In this document: positions 50,490-59,823 of the stretch, piece by piece
Layout of the letters: every line of letters begins with the position of its first letter
How positions within the stretch are numbered: the first letter of the stretch is position 1
Assembly: GCA_043823745.1 (NCBI GenBank)
Contig: JBDRAN010000013.1
Span: 818-64,817 of the forward strand
Reading direction: 5' to 3'
DNA: 64,000 nt
Origin: Candidatus Omnitrophota bacterium
GTDB taxonomy: Bacteria > Omnitrophota > Gorgyraeia > Duberdicusellales > 4484-171
Notes under the pieces: model-generated
Database searches by the model: none
What the model was told of the DNA's origin: nothing
The model's input: the letters and a program-made list of their open reading frames with translations, nothing else
Made by a program: the position numbers and the translations under genes

Positions 50490-51125
50490 ATGAAAGTGAA
50501 CGTACTGATGATTGTGCTGGTGGCGGGTTCAGTTCTATTTTCTTCCGGTTGTGCGACGGTGCGAAAATACAAAGATTCTGATAAAGAAATCGCGCGCCTT
50601 AAGGCTGAACTTGAGCGCTGCAATGAAAGTAAAGATAAAGAGATTTCAAGCCTGGAGAGAGCAAGGAATGAACTCGCGCAAAGCCTGAAGCGTGAGCTCA
50701 GCGACTATAAAGCAAAACTCGAGATGACCGAGCGAGGCCTTGTTATTACCTTTTTGGCCGAGGTATTTTTCGATTCAGGAAAAGATGAAATAAGGTCAAC
50801 GGGGAAAGAGTCTTTGAAGAAAGTCGCGCAGGTGCTTAACACGGAAGTTGTTGACTCAAATGTCGCTATTGAAGGTCACACCGACAATGATCCCATCAAG
50901 CATTCCGGTTGGAAGTCGAATTGGGAGCTTTCAAGCGCGCGCGCGCTGGCAGTGCTGCATTATTTCGTTGATGAAGCAACGGTCGATCCGCAGCGGCTTT
51001 CCGCAAACGGCTATGGAGAATATAAGCCGGTTGCTTCAAATGATACCGCAAAAGGCAAGCAACAAAACCGGCGAGTCGAGATTGTGATTCTGCCGTCCTT
51101 AAATAAGGTGAAGGTAGAAAAATAG
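50490..51125 (+). CDS. OmpA-family lipoprotein with coiled-coil linker
   Basis: Lipobox (FSSGC), coiled-coil region, and a C-terminal OmpA-like domain (IEGHTDN...NRRVEIVI). Confidence 0.7.
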   Translation: MKVNVLMIVLVAGSVLFSSGCATVRKYKDSDKEIARLKAELERCNESKDKEISSLERARNELAQSLKRELSDYKAKLEMTERGLVITFLAEVFFDSGKDEIRSTGKESLKKVAQVLNTEVVDSNVAIEGHTDNDPIKHSGWKSNWELSSARALAVLHYFVDEATVDPQRLSANGYGEYKPVASNDTAKGKQQNRRVEIVILPSLNKVKVEK

Positions 51126-51148
51126 CAAACCTAGTACTTAAAAACTTC

Positions 51149-51823
51149 ATGAAGGCTGTAAGGATAGGGCTTACTGTTCTCATTATCGGCGCTATCCTTA
51201 TGGCTGCCTATGCGTTTTTAAAGATCATCAATGAGCGCAAGATATTGCGTGAAGTGATCGAACGTTTGTCGAGTGATTCCCGTATTGCCGAGGTACTCGT
51301 GACCAAAGTGGCTGGTGAGCCTTTCGGGCAGAAAACATTGACAACGATTAAGTTCCTGGAGTATGACACGCACGGGAACCCCCTTGCTCCGCGGTATTTT
51401 ACCTTCTCCGGTAATATTATTCAATTCCAGTCACTCGTTATTCGTTTCGACGATGCGTATGTCGCCGCGGGGCATTCTTTGAAAGGTAAGAGCGCGTATC
51501 TTTTTCTGAAGGTGTTTTCTCTCGGGTCTGACTCGGCGGAAATTTCTTCTATTAATGAGGTCAACGAGGTCCCTTCCGGTTATCGAACCGCAACGCGTGT
51601 GAGCGGTTTTGAAAAGAAGCTCTGGCGCCTTTTTTGGCTTTACGCGCTTGATCCTGCTATGGCATCGCGCATTGGCGTCAAGAACGCCCAAATTGAAGCT
51701 CCAGGAACGCGATTTATCCCGGGCATGCTCTATACCATCAAAATTGAACATGATGGAGGCATGCGTATCGATGCCAAAAAATTACCCGAGATTCTAGACG
51801 GCGAGCGCATCGATTTTCAGTAA
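51149..51823 (+). CDS. membrane-anchored hypothetical protein
   Basis: Single N-terminal TM; 224 aa. Confidence 0.4.
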   Translation: MKAVRIGLTVLIIGAILMAAYAFLKIINERKILREVIERLSSDSRIAEVLVTKVAGEPFGQKTLTTIKFLEYDTHGNPLAPRYFTFSGNIIQFQSLVIRFDDAYVAAGHSLKGKSAYLFLKVFSLGSDSAEISSINEVNEVPSGYRTATRVSGFEKKLWRLFWLYALDPAMASRIGVKNAQIEAPGTRFIPGMLYTIKIEHDGGMRIDAKKLPEILDGERIDFQ

Positions 51824-52175
51824 TTGCCCTATATACATTTTGGAGTCATGCTTAGGGTTCTTACGATCGCTTATATCAAGCTTCGTCTACTGGTTGGGGT
51901 TGCGAGGCTCGTATCGGTTACGTCAAACGTTAATCGTCTTTATTTTTATTAGTATTTTGACGCAACCGTTATACGAGCGACGTGACGAGCTGCACACTAG
52001 TGCGTCCCGCAGGGGACTGCGCAACCGTTGGACGTATAACGAGCCGATATAGCGTAAACACATCTTATAGAGAATACATATCCCACTAATCGCTATGCGC
52101 CATGCGCTCTGCGCTATATGCAACACCCGGCCGAATCGCACCCGGCGTCATTGAAATACGCTGGTAGTGCATAAA

Positions 52176-52212
52176 GCACATACTCGCCATTCCTTTGAGG
52201 CGAGGTATGTGC
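52176..52212 (+). promoter_or_regulatory. perfect 13-bp stem hairpin in the cupin gene leader (GCACATACTCGCC-attcctttga-GGCGAGGTATGTGC)
   Basis: Perfect inverted repeat about 65 nt upstream of the cupin start. Confidence 0.3.
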
Positions 52213-52278
52213 ACTTTCTGTGCAATACCTGGCCACAATCGGAATGGCCAGTATGCATTTCGATGCAAGGAGGTCTTA

Positions 52279-52607
52279 TGGCTACAAAGAAATTTAAACC
52301 TGCGCAAAAAATATCAGTTAACAATTTTATTCAATATCAGGCAGGATGCGTAGTAAGCCAGGAAATCATCAAGAAGCCGACCGGAACCGTTACGGTCTTT
52401 GCATTTGCTAAGGGGCAGGGTTTAAGTGAACACGTTGCGCCTTTCGATGCCCTGGTGTATATACTTGACGGTACAGTAAAGATCACCATTGCCAAGAAGC
52501 CGTTTGTGCTGACCGCAGGCTCGCTTATTGTTATGCCGGCGCACAAGCCCCATGCGCTTAGCGCCCTTACCGCTTTTAAGATGATGCTGGTCATGGTGCG
52601 TTCGTAA
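52279..52607 (+). CDS. cupin-domain protein
   Basis: ATG at 52279 preceded by AAGGAGG. Small beta-barrel with a conserved His motif (MPAHKPHAL). Confidence 0.5.
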
Positions 52608-52883
52608 CCGAAAAAATGCACGGTTCATAGGCATTTTTTTGGGTTAAGTCCTTGACGAAAGGACCCGGGAACAGTAGAATCCAGGGTGAGCAGGGCTCGT
52701 GGTGTGACAATAGGTTTATAAAGTAAGCTTCCGGGCGCCTACATACCGGAAAATTCTCTACGACAATTTTCCGGAGCGCCTCGGAAGTCAATTCGACTAC
52801 CCAGCAGGGTGCCCTGTTGGGCTAAGCACTTTTTCTGCGACGGGGAGTCTTGAAAAAGCGCAAGTCTCATTGAGGAGTAATCA

Positions 52884-53744
52884 ATGTGGGATTATACCGA
52901 TAAGGTAAAAGAATATTTTAAGAATCCGCGTAATGTCGGGGAAATAGAAAATCCTGACGCCGTGGGCGAAGTGGGTAGCATTATCTGTGGTGACGCGCTC
53001 AAGCTTACGTTGCGTATCGAAAAAAACACCGAAAAAATTCTTGATGCAAAATTTAAAACATTTGGCTGCGCCAGCGCCATAGCTTCAAGCTCTGCCCTTA
53101 CCGAAATGGTCAAGGGGATGACCGTTAGTTTAGCCGCAAAAATTACCAATAAAGATATTGCCGACTTCTTAGGTGGATTGCCTGAGGAGAAGATGCATTG
53201 TTCGGTTATGGGTATGGAAGCACTGGAAGCAGCTATTGCCAATTACCGTGGCGCGCCTTTGCAAAAAGAATTAGTGGGCGAGGAACGCATTGTTTGTAAA
53301 TGTTTCAGCGTTACTGATCAGAAGATAGTCCGCGCCATACAGGAAAATAATTTACGCAGCGTTGAAGAAGTAACTAATTATACAAAAGCGGGCGGCGGCT
53401 GCGGGAAATGTAAGCCCGAGATCGAGAAGCTATTACGTGAATATTGGGATAAAGAAGCGACTAAGCACGTGATTCCGCCTCAAGTCGCGGCCAAAAAGAG
53501 CCTGACCAATTTACAGCGTATTTCACTTATCAAAGAGACGATTGAACGCGAGATCAGGCCGCACTTAAAAGCCGACGGCGGAGATATCGAACTTGTAGAT
53601 ATCGATCGCAACAAAGTTTATGTGAAATTCTTAGGTACCTGTTTAGGGTGTCCGGCTACGGGCATTACGTTAAAAGCGCTGGTTGAGACGAAATTGCGCG
53701 AGTTTATTGATGAGAGCATTGTGGTTGAGGAGATCAAAGAATGA
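52884..53744 (+). CDS. nifU: Fe-S cluster assembly scaffold NifU (IscU-like N-domain + BFD-like [2Fe-2S] + NifU C-domain)
   Basis: IscU-type Cys pattern (GDALKL; FGCASAIASS; HCS), central CKCF...CGKC, and a C-terminal CLGCPA. Confidence 0.8.
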   Translation: MWDYTDKVKEYFKNPRNVGEIENPDAVGEVGSIICGDALKLTLRIEKNTEKILDAKFKTFGCASAIASSSALTEMVKGMTVSLAAKITNKDIADFLGGLPEEKMHCSVMGMEALEAAIANYRGAPLQKELVGEERIVCKCFSVTDQKIVRAIQENNLRSVEEVTNYTKAGGGCGKCKPEIEKLLREYWDKEATKHVIPPQVAAKKSLTNLQRISLIKETIEREIRPHLKADGGDIELVDIDRNKVYVKFLGTCLGCPATGITLKALVETKLREFIDESIVVEEIKE

Positions 53745-54898
53745 GTCTTGTTTACGCTGATAATAATGCTACTACGGCTGTCGCGCCGGAGGTTTTTGAG
53801 GCGATGCGTCCGTTTTTGACTGAGCGGTATGGTCATCCCTCCAGCATGCATACTTTTGGCGGCGCCGTGCATCATGAGATTGAGCGCGCGCGCTCTAAAG
53901 TGGCCGCGCTCATAGGAGCAGCCGAGCCCTCTGAAATTATTTTTACATCCTGCGGCACGGAAAGCGATAATACCGCGATTGTCAGCACGCTGCGTTCGTA
54001 CCCCGAGAAGCGGCATATTATTACGACAAAAGTAGAACATCCGGCAGTGTTAAGCTTGTGTCGATATCTTGAAGGCGTAGGCTACCGGGTTACCTATCTC
54101 AACGTTGATAATGAGGGGCTTCTTGATATCAATGAGCTTAAATCAGCGATTGATCCCGATACCGCGCTTATTTCGATCATGCATGCGAATAATGAAACCG
54201 GCGTGCTCTTTCCGATTGAAGAGATTGCCGAGATAGCTCGGGTGCACAATATTGTTTTTCATACCGACGCAGTACAGGCCGTGGGTAAAATTCCTTTGAA
54301 TATGACGCAGCTGCCGGTTGATTTACTTTCGTTTTCCGGGCACAAATTGCATGCTCCCAAAGGCGTTGCCGCGCTCTATGTACGCCGCGGCACAAAGTTT
54401 ACACCTTTTTTAATCGGCGGCCATCAGGAGCAGGGCCGCCGAGGCGGGACTGAGAATGTTGCTTCTATTGTGGCGCTGGGTGCTGCCTGTGAGCTTGCAG
54501 CATCGACCATCAACGAGGAATATACGCGTGTAAAAAAATTGCGAGGCGCCTTAGAAAATACGCTTCTTACCAAAGTGCCCAATGCGCGCGTTAATGGCCA
54601 CCGCCTGCAGCGCCTTCCTAATACGACCAATATTAGTTTTGAGTTCATCGAGGGAGAGGCGATTCTTTTGATGCTTGATGAAAAAGGCATTGCCGCCTCA
54701 AGTGGTTCTGCCTGCACGTCGGGGTCTTTAACCCCTTCGCATGTCCTGCGGGCCATGGGGACGCCGTTTACGTATTTGCAGGGCTCCATACGTTTTAGTC
54801 TAAGCCGCTACAATACCGAGGAAGATATTAATTATATCATCGAGCATCTTCCTGCTATTATCGTCCGGCTACGTGAAATATCTCCCTACGGAAAATAA
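53741..54898 (+). CDS. nifS: cysteine desulfurase NifS/IscS
   Basis: PLP-lysine region SFSGHKLHAPKG and active-site SSGSACTS. Confidence 0.85.
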   Translation: MSLVYADNNATTAVAPEVFEAMRPFLTERYGHPSSMHTFGGAVHHEIERARSKVAALIGAAEPSEIIFTSCGTESDNTAIVSTLRSYPEKRHIITTKVEHPAVLSLCRYLEGVGYRVTYLNVDNEGLLDINELKSAIDPDTALISIMHANNETGVLFPIEEIAEIARVHNIVFHTDAVQAVGKIPLNMTQLPVDLLSFSGHKLHAPKGVAALYVRRGTKFTPFLIGGHQEQGRRGGTENVASIVALGAACELAASTINEEYTRVKKLRGALENTLLTKVPNARVNGHRLQRLPNTTNISFEFIEGEAILLMLDEKGIAASSGSACTSGSLTPSHVLRAMGTPFTYLQGSIRFSLSRYNTEEDINYIIEHLPAIIVRLREISPYGK

Positions 54899-54950
54899 CC
54901 ACTGTCCGGGGTTTCCATGAAAAAAGATTTCAAGGCCTTTTTAAAATTGA

Positions 54951-54979
54951 TTGACAGGCGCCGAGCGTATGGTTAAATA
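54951..54979 (+). promoter_or_regulatory. sigma70-like promoter (TTGACA-N17-TAAATA) for the thi leader
   Basis: ttgaca 54951-54956 and taaata 54974-54979, immediately upstream of the riboswitch. Confidence 0.4.
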
Positions 54980-54989
54980 CGCTTGATAT

Positions 54990-55140
54990 TACTAACGGGG
55001 AGGCCGTTTATGCGGTCTGAGAGTCTCCGGTAAACGGAGTTACCCGACGAACCTGTTCGCCTGCGCTTTGAGCGAGTGGCGAAATCTCGACAAATTATAA
55101 TTTGTCGGAATCCGGATAATGCCGGTGTAGGGAAAAGGAC
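54990..55140 (+). promoter_or_regulatory. TPP (THI-box) riboswitch
   Basis: Conserved elements are present: GGGGAGGCC, CUGAGAG, UACCC, GAACCUG, GGAUAAUGCCGG and GUAGGGAA. A roughly 55-nt insertion lies between the GAACCUG and GGAUAAUGCC elements. Located upstream of thiE. Confidence 0.8.
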
Positions 55141-55142
55141 AG

Positions 55143-55175
55143 GTCCTTATGCCAAATGCGTAAGGACTTTTTTAT
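55143..55175 (+). terminator. riboswitch expression-platform terminator
   Basis: gtcctta-tgccaaatgcg-taaggac followed by tttttt; the upstream aaggac can pair alternatively with gtcctt. Confidence 0.6.
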
Positions 55176-55385
55176 TTAATGAGACTTGCCTTTTTTGCAC
55201 CAGCAAAAAAGGCCTAGCCGAATTATCCTTAAACCTGGCCGGAGGCCGTGTCGAAGGGTAATGAGTTGCGAGGCAGTATCTTTTTTAAGAGCTTGATCGT
55301 CGGCAGGCGAGCGCACGATAGAAAAAGCACGCAGTAGTTTCGTGCACCCTGTTGGGTAGGAGAATTATCTTTAAAGTAACCTAGT

Positions 55386-56021
55386 ATGCTGACAATCAAA
55401 GATTACAGTTTATATGTGGTGGTAAGTGAAGAATTCGGCTGCGGCAGAAACGCTTTTGAGATTGCGACTGCCGTTATTGCAGGCGGCGCCGATATTCTGC
55501 AGATGCGCGAAAAAGCTAAGTCCGCGGGAGCGCTGGAGGCCCTCGGTAAAGTATTAGCGCAGCTTTGCAAAGAGAAAAAAGTTATTTTTATCGTCAACGA
55601 TGACCCGTATCTTGCGCGTCGTCTGGACGCCGATGGTGTGCATCTTGGCCAGGAAGATATGCAACGTTATAGTCTCCGGGGTATACGGGACATTATCGGC
55701 ACCGGTAAGATAATCGGGGTGTCGACGCATTCAATAGAACAATTTGTTGATGCGAACATGACTGATGTTGATTACATTGCGTATGGGCCGATATTTCTCA
55801 CAAAGACAAAGGAATATTCTATAGGTACTGCTGACATAGCAACGGTCGTGCAGTGCGCCACAAAACCTGTTTTTTTTATCGGCGGCATAGACCTTACCAA
55901 TCTTGATGAACTTTTGTGCTATGGAGCAAAGAATATCGCGCTGATTAGAGGGATACTCCAGGCTCCGGATATTACGTTAAAGACCATGGAGTTTAAGCAG
56001 AAACTATTGGAAAGAAGTTGA
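55386..56021 (+). CDS. thiE: thiamine-phosphate synthase
   Basis: ThiE blocks (ILQMREK; DGVHLGQED; GVSTHS; IAYGPIFLTKTK). Confidence 0.8.
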   Translation: MLTIKDYSLYVVVSEEFGCGRNAFEIATAVIAGGADILQMREKAKSAGALEALGKVLAQLCKEKKVIFIVNDDPYLARRLDADGVHLGQEDMQRYSLRGIRDIIGTGKIIGVSTHSIEQFVDANMTDVDYIAYGPIFLTKTKEYSIGTADIATVVQCATKPVFFIGGIDLTNLDELLCYGAKNIALIRGILQAPDITLKTMEFKQKLLERS

Positions 56022-56039
56022 TTTTTACGACGTGTCGGA

Positions 56040-56248
56040 GTCATTATCCCTTGCGCCTGCATACCGGTTAAATTTCTGCAAAATTTAACCGGAGCGCGTC
56101 GGGATTAATTTAGCGACGTAACATTAGGGTTATTACCCCTTGCCTCTAAATATCTGTAAAATTTCTAAGGCCGAAAGCCTCGAGAAATTTTACAGAAAGG
56201 CTTCGGGGTTAATTTTTCCCGACTCAAGGTTGGGAAAAATTAAGGAGG
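56040..56248. repeat. tandemly duplicated palindromic-hairpin element in the thiE-thiS spacer (three hairpins)
   Basis: Hairpin 1 (56063-56091): CCGGTTAAATTT-ctgcaa-AATTTAACCGG. Hairpin 2 (56153-56196): TCTGTAAAATTTCT-[aaggccgaaagcctcg]-AGAAATTTTACAGA. Hairpin 3 (56209-56243): TTAATTTTTCCC-gactcaaggtt-GGGAAAAATTAA, running into the thiS RBS. Two roughly 90-bp units share the flanks ttat(c)cccttgc..cata and cgggattaattt / cggggttaattt. Confidence 0.5.
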
Positions 56249-56255
56249 TGCTGGA

Positions 56256-56456
56256 ATGGTTATAAGAATAAACGGTAAAGAGGAGTGTATCGAAAAAAAT
56301 ATAAATCTCGCGCAGCTCCTGGCAGTAAAAAACCTGCAGCCGGAAAGAATAGTCGTTGAGCACAATGCTCGTGTCGTGGCTCACGCGGCGTGGTCGGGGA
56401 TCACTGTGCAGGAACACGATACGATCGAAATTGTAAGTTTTGTCGGAGGAGGCTGA
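56256..56456 (+). CDS. thiS: sulfur carrier protein ThiS
   Basis: 66 aa ending in GG (…VSFVGGG). Confidence 0.75.
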   Translation: MVIRINGKEECIEKNINLAQLLAVKNLQPERIVVEHNARVVAHAAWSGITVQEHDTIEIVSFVGGG

Positions 56457-56457
56457 T

Positions 56458-57231
56458 ATGGAGGATGTATTAACGATCGCAGGTATTGCCATCAAGAATA
56501 GATTATTCGTCGGTACGGGGAAATTTTCCAGTTATCAGGTTATGCAGCGTGCGCTGGAAGCTTCAAGGGTTGAGGTGGTGACTGTCGCCCTTAGGAGAGT
56601 GGATATTGAGTCAAAAACCGAGAATATCCTCGATTATATACCAAAGCATTGCACCCTCATGCCGAATACTTCAGGAGCACGAACCGCGCAAGAAGCTGTT
56701 CGTATCGCGCGTCTTGCCAGAGCCAGCGGTTGCGGTGACTGGATCAAGATTGAAGTAATACGGGATAACAAATTCCTACTACCCGATAATTTAGAGACAG
56801 TGGCGGCAACCGAGATATTGGTAAAAGAGGGTTTTGTGACTTTTCCCTATATGAGCCCCGATCTTTCTATTGCAAAAAAACTTGTAGAGGTAGGAGCGGC
56901 AGCGCTTATGCCGTTGGGTTCTCCCATAGGAAGCAACAGGGGTGTCAAGACCAGAGAGCTTGTTGCGATCATGGTGAGTGAGATAAAGATCCCTATTATT
57001 GTTGATGCCGGCCTCGGTGTGCCCTCAGATGCCTGTGTGTGCATGGAAGATGGTTGTGCCGCGGTCCTGGTAAATACCGCGATTGCTTCCGCTAAAGACC
57101 CGGTGGGTTTAGCAGAAGCGTTTAGCTATGCAACGAGAGCCGGCAGGCGTGCCTATCTGTCCGGCGTTTCCTCTCCAGGCGCCTGTGCCCGGCCGTCTTC
57201 GCCGCTCACGGGTTTCTTGCGAGACGATTAA
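56458..57231 (+). CDS. thiG: thiazole synthase
   Basis: ThiG blocks (LMPNTSG; KIEVI; [11 protein letters not shown]) with the conserved lysine region; GGAGG RBS. Confidence 0.85.
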   Translation: MEDVLTIAGIAIKNRLFVGTGKFSSYQVMQRALEASRVEVVTVALRRVDIESKTENILDYIPKHCTLMPNTSGARTAQEAVRIARLARASGCGDWIKIEVIRDNKFLLPDNLETVAATEILVKEGFVTFPYMSPDLSIAKKLVEVGAAALMPLGSPIGSNRGVKTRELVAIMVSEIKIPIIVDAGLGVPSDACVCMEDGCAAVLVNTAIASAKDPVGLAEAFSYATRAGRRAYLSGVSSPGACARPSSPLTGFLRDD

Positions 57232-57243
57232 GCACGCCGTATT

Positions 57244-58356
57244 ATGAGCTATTATAAAACTTACTCACATTACAAAAATATTAATTTCGAGGATTTTTTT
57301 CGCTCTGTTTCTCTGGGCGGTATCGAAGGGGCGTTGTCCAAGGAAGCACTCGATACGGAAGATTTTATCTCGCTTCTTTCGCCGCGTGCGGAGAATTATC
57401 TTGAAGCCATCGCACAGAAAGCGCATCAAAGGAGTCTGCAGTATTTCGGTAAGACAATCCAGCTTTATACTCCGCTGTATCTATCGAACTACTGCGACAA
57501 TCAATGTTGCTATTGCGGGTTTAATGCTCACAACGCTATAGAAAGAAAAAAACTTTCTTTGGCAGAAGTCGAAGAGGAAGCGAAATGCATCGCGTCTACC
57601 GGCTTGCGGCATATTCTGGTCCTTACGGGTGAATCGCGGAAAGAGTCTTCGCCAGAATACATACGAGCCTGTATCCGGGTATTAAAAAAATATTTTGTTT
57701 CTATTTCCGTAGAGATTTACCCTTTGAGCGAGCAGGAGTATCGAGATTTGATTGCAGAGGGTGTTGACGGATTAACCCTTTATCAGGAAGTGTATGATGA
57801 ATCAGTTTATTGCGCGATGCACCCTCACGGACCAAAAAAAGATTATTGCTGTAGGTTGGATGCTCCTGAACGTGGAGCATCAGCCGGCATGAGAAATATC
57901 ACGATAGGCGCTCTGTTGGGATTACATTCCTGGAGAAAAGAAATTTTCTATGTGGGGCTCCACGCCAAATATCTTCAGGATAAATTTCCCGATGTTGATA
58001 TCAGCGTTGCGATTCCGCGGCTTCAGCCGCACCTTGGGAATTTTAGAGGTCCCACCGCGGTGTCTGATCGCAACCTTGTTCAAATCATCGTAAGCCTGCG
58101 GCTTTTTCTACCACGGTCAGGCCTTACCCTTTCAACACGCGAGAGCCCCGAGCTGCGGGAAAACCTTATTTCGGTGGGTATTACAAAAATGTCTGCCGGT
58201 TCCATAACGCGCGTGGGAGGGCACCGCATTGATGTGCAGGCGCCAAGCGGTGCAAGTCAATTTGAAATTCAGGACACAAGGACCGTCGACGAAATAAAAG
58301 CAATGATAGAAAAAAAAGGGCATCAGCCGGTTTTAAAGGATTGGGTGCATATATAA
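57244..58356 (+). CDS. thiH: 2-iminoacetate synthase (tyrosine lyase)
   Basis: Radical SAM CxxxCxxC (CDNQCCYCGF), ThiH-typical length and context. Confidence 0.85.
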   Translation: MSYYKTYSHYKNINFEDFFRSVSLGGIEGALSKEALDTEDFISLLSPRAENYLEAIAQKAHQRSLQYFGKTIQLYTPLYLSNYCDNQCCYCGFNAHNAIERKKLSLAEVEEEAKCIASTGLRHILVLTGESRKESSPEYIRACIRVLKKYFVSISVEIYPLSEQEYRDLIAEGVDGLTLYQEVYDESVYCAMHPHGPKKDYCCRLDAPERGASAGMRNITIGALLGLHSWRKEIFYVGLHAKYLQDKFPDVDISVAIPRLQPHLGNFRGPTAVSDRNLVQIIVSLRLFLPRSGLTLSTRESPELRENLISVGITKMSAGSITRVGGHRIDVQAPSGASQFEIQDTRTVDEIKAMIEKKGHQPVLKDWVHI

Positions 58357-59009
58357 TGATCGAGGAGTTTTATTCAAATTTAACACAGAAGCTGGGCGAA
58401 GAGAATTTAAAAAAAGTACAGACGGCACGGATTGGGATTGCCGGCGCGGGAGGGCTGGGGTCGAATCTCGCGCTTAATCTTGTACGGGTCGGTTTTACGC
58501 GTCTTACGATTGTCGATTTTGATCGTATTGAACCCGGCAATCTTGACCGGCAATTCTATTTTTTTGATCAGATTGGACACAACAAAGTGGAGGCTCTTTC
58601 AGTAAATCTATTACGCATAAATTCGCGCCTTGAGCTTAAGGTTATTTCCAAGAAAATAGAGGCGCGTGATGTTCTTGAACTCTTTGGTGATTGTGACGCA
58701 GTTGCTGAATGTTTTGATAAAGCGGAGTTTAAAAGTATGCTGGTATCAAATCTCCTTGCGATGGATACTTTTATCGTTGCGGTTTCAGGCCTTGGCGGTA
58801 TCGGTGCAAGCGATGACATTCGAGTGCACAAAGTAAAAAGGAATCTTGTTTTAATAGGAGATCTTACATCTGATATAAGCGGAAAGCCGGCCTTGTCTCC
58901 CCGGGTAAACATAGCGGCTGCTAAAGAGGCTGATGCGATATTGGAACATGTTATAGGCCTGGATATGAGCGATTTTAAGGAGATAAAAAAATCTCAAAAA
59001 AGAGGTTGA
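58356..59009 (+). CDS. thiF: ThiF/MoeB-family E1-like adenylyltransferase
   Basis: Rossmann GxGxxG (IAGAGGLGSN); ATG overlaps the thiH stop (TAATG). Confidence 0.7.
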   Translation: MIEEFYSNLTQKLGEENLKKVQTARIGIAGAGGLGSNLALNLVRVGFTRLTIVDFDRIEPGNLDRQFYFFDQIGHNKVEALSVNLLRINSRLELKVISKKIEARDVLELFGDCDAVAECFDKAEFKSMLVSNLLAMDTFIVAVSGLGGIGASDDIRVHKVKRNLVLIGDLTSDISGKPALSPRVNIAAAKEADAILEHVIGLDMSDFKEIKKSQKRG

Positions 59010-59033
59010 CAAAGGATATTTAATAATGTATAC
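59005..59033 (+). promoter_or_regulatory. sigma70-like promoter (TTGACA-N17-TATACT)
   Basis: Near-consensus -35 and -10 boxes upstream of the Rrf2 gene. Followed by direct repeats taatgtatac / tagtaatgtata that could be an operator. Confidence 0.45.
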
Positions 59034-59068
59034 TTTGTCTATCAATTTAGTAATGTATAGGAGATGGA

Positions 59069-59500
59069 ATGAAGCTTCCGGCAAAAATAGAGTATGCGTA
59101 CAAAGCGGTTTTGGAGTTATCACTGCGTTATAGGGGTGATAACCCCATACAGATACACGTTATTTCCACAGCGCAAAAGATACCGCGTAAGTTTTTAACA
59201 CAGCTGCTGCTGCGCCTTAAAAACGCTGGAATTGTTTATAGTTTACGGGGAGCCAGCGGCGGTTATGTTCTCGCCCGGCCTCCGGCGCGAATAACTCTGG
59301 CAGATGTATTCAGCGCTATAGACGGGAATATGCTTGATATGTTTGAAGAAGCGAAGGTCACCAAAACAACGGATTCGGGGAAATTGTTACGCGTACTCTG
59401 GAACGATATCAATAAGGAGATATCCAAGCGTTTGAAAAATATCACCTTTGAGCAGTTGATCTCGCGGGTCCAGGGTCAGCAAATTACTTATCAAATATAG
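59069..59500 (+). CDS. Rrf2-family transcriptional regulator (CymR/IscR-like)
   Basis: N-terminal winged-helix (AKIEYAYKAVLELS...PIQIHVISTAQKIPRKFLTQLL). No three-Cys cluster, so CymR-like rather than IscR-like. Confidence 0.65.
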   Translation: MKLPAKIEYAYKAVLELSLRYRGDNPIQIHVISTAQKIPRKFLTQLLLRLKNAGIVYSLRGASGGYVLARPPARITLADVFSAIDGNMLDMFEEAKVTKTTDSGKLLRVLWNDINKEISKRLKNITFEQLISRVQGQQITYQI

Positions 59501-59510
59501 AAAGTATAGG

Positions 59511-59540
59511 AAAGGCCAGTTTTAGCTGGCCTTATTTTAT
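59511..59540 (+). terminator. rho-independent terminator
   Basis: aggccag-ttttag-ctggcct followed by tatttta. Confidence 0.5.
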
Positions 59541-59823
59541 AGGCTAATGATGACTAAGTCAATCATCTTTATTATATATTAAATAATACGATGGAACACC
59601 TAAAAGATCTCTGGTCAAAACCATTACCTGGCGCTTGTTCAGCTTCTTCCTGCACTTGATCATTATATACTTATACACTAAGAATATTAAGCAGACGATA
59701 GGCGCAGCACTTGGTATCGATATTGTGAAATTAATTCTCTACTATTTCCATGAGAGGCTCTGGAATAAGACGGCATTCGGTCGAATGCACAAAGAGGATT
59801 ATCAGATTTAAGAGGAGGGAAGC

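Noticed and set aside
54900-54950. Possible terminator after nifS (aaggccttttt).
   Set aside because: Only a 4-5-bp stem can be drawn. It more likely overlaps the -35 region of the thi promoter.
55076-55261. 61-aa ORF overlapping the TPP riboswitch and its terminator.
   Set aside because: It lies entirely within a well-defined riboswitch aptamer and expression platform, so it is a spurious ORF.
56040-56248. Considered a second TPP riboswitch between thiE and thiS.
   Set aside because: None of the THI-box consensus elements (CUGAGA, ACCC, GUAGGGAA) is present. The region is instead a member of the AAATTTC palindromic hairpin family.
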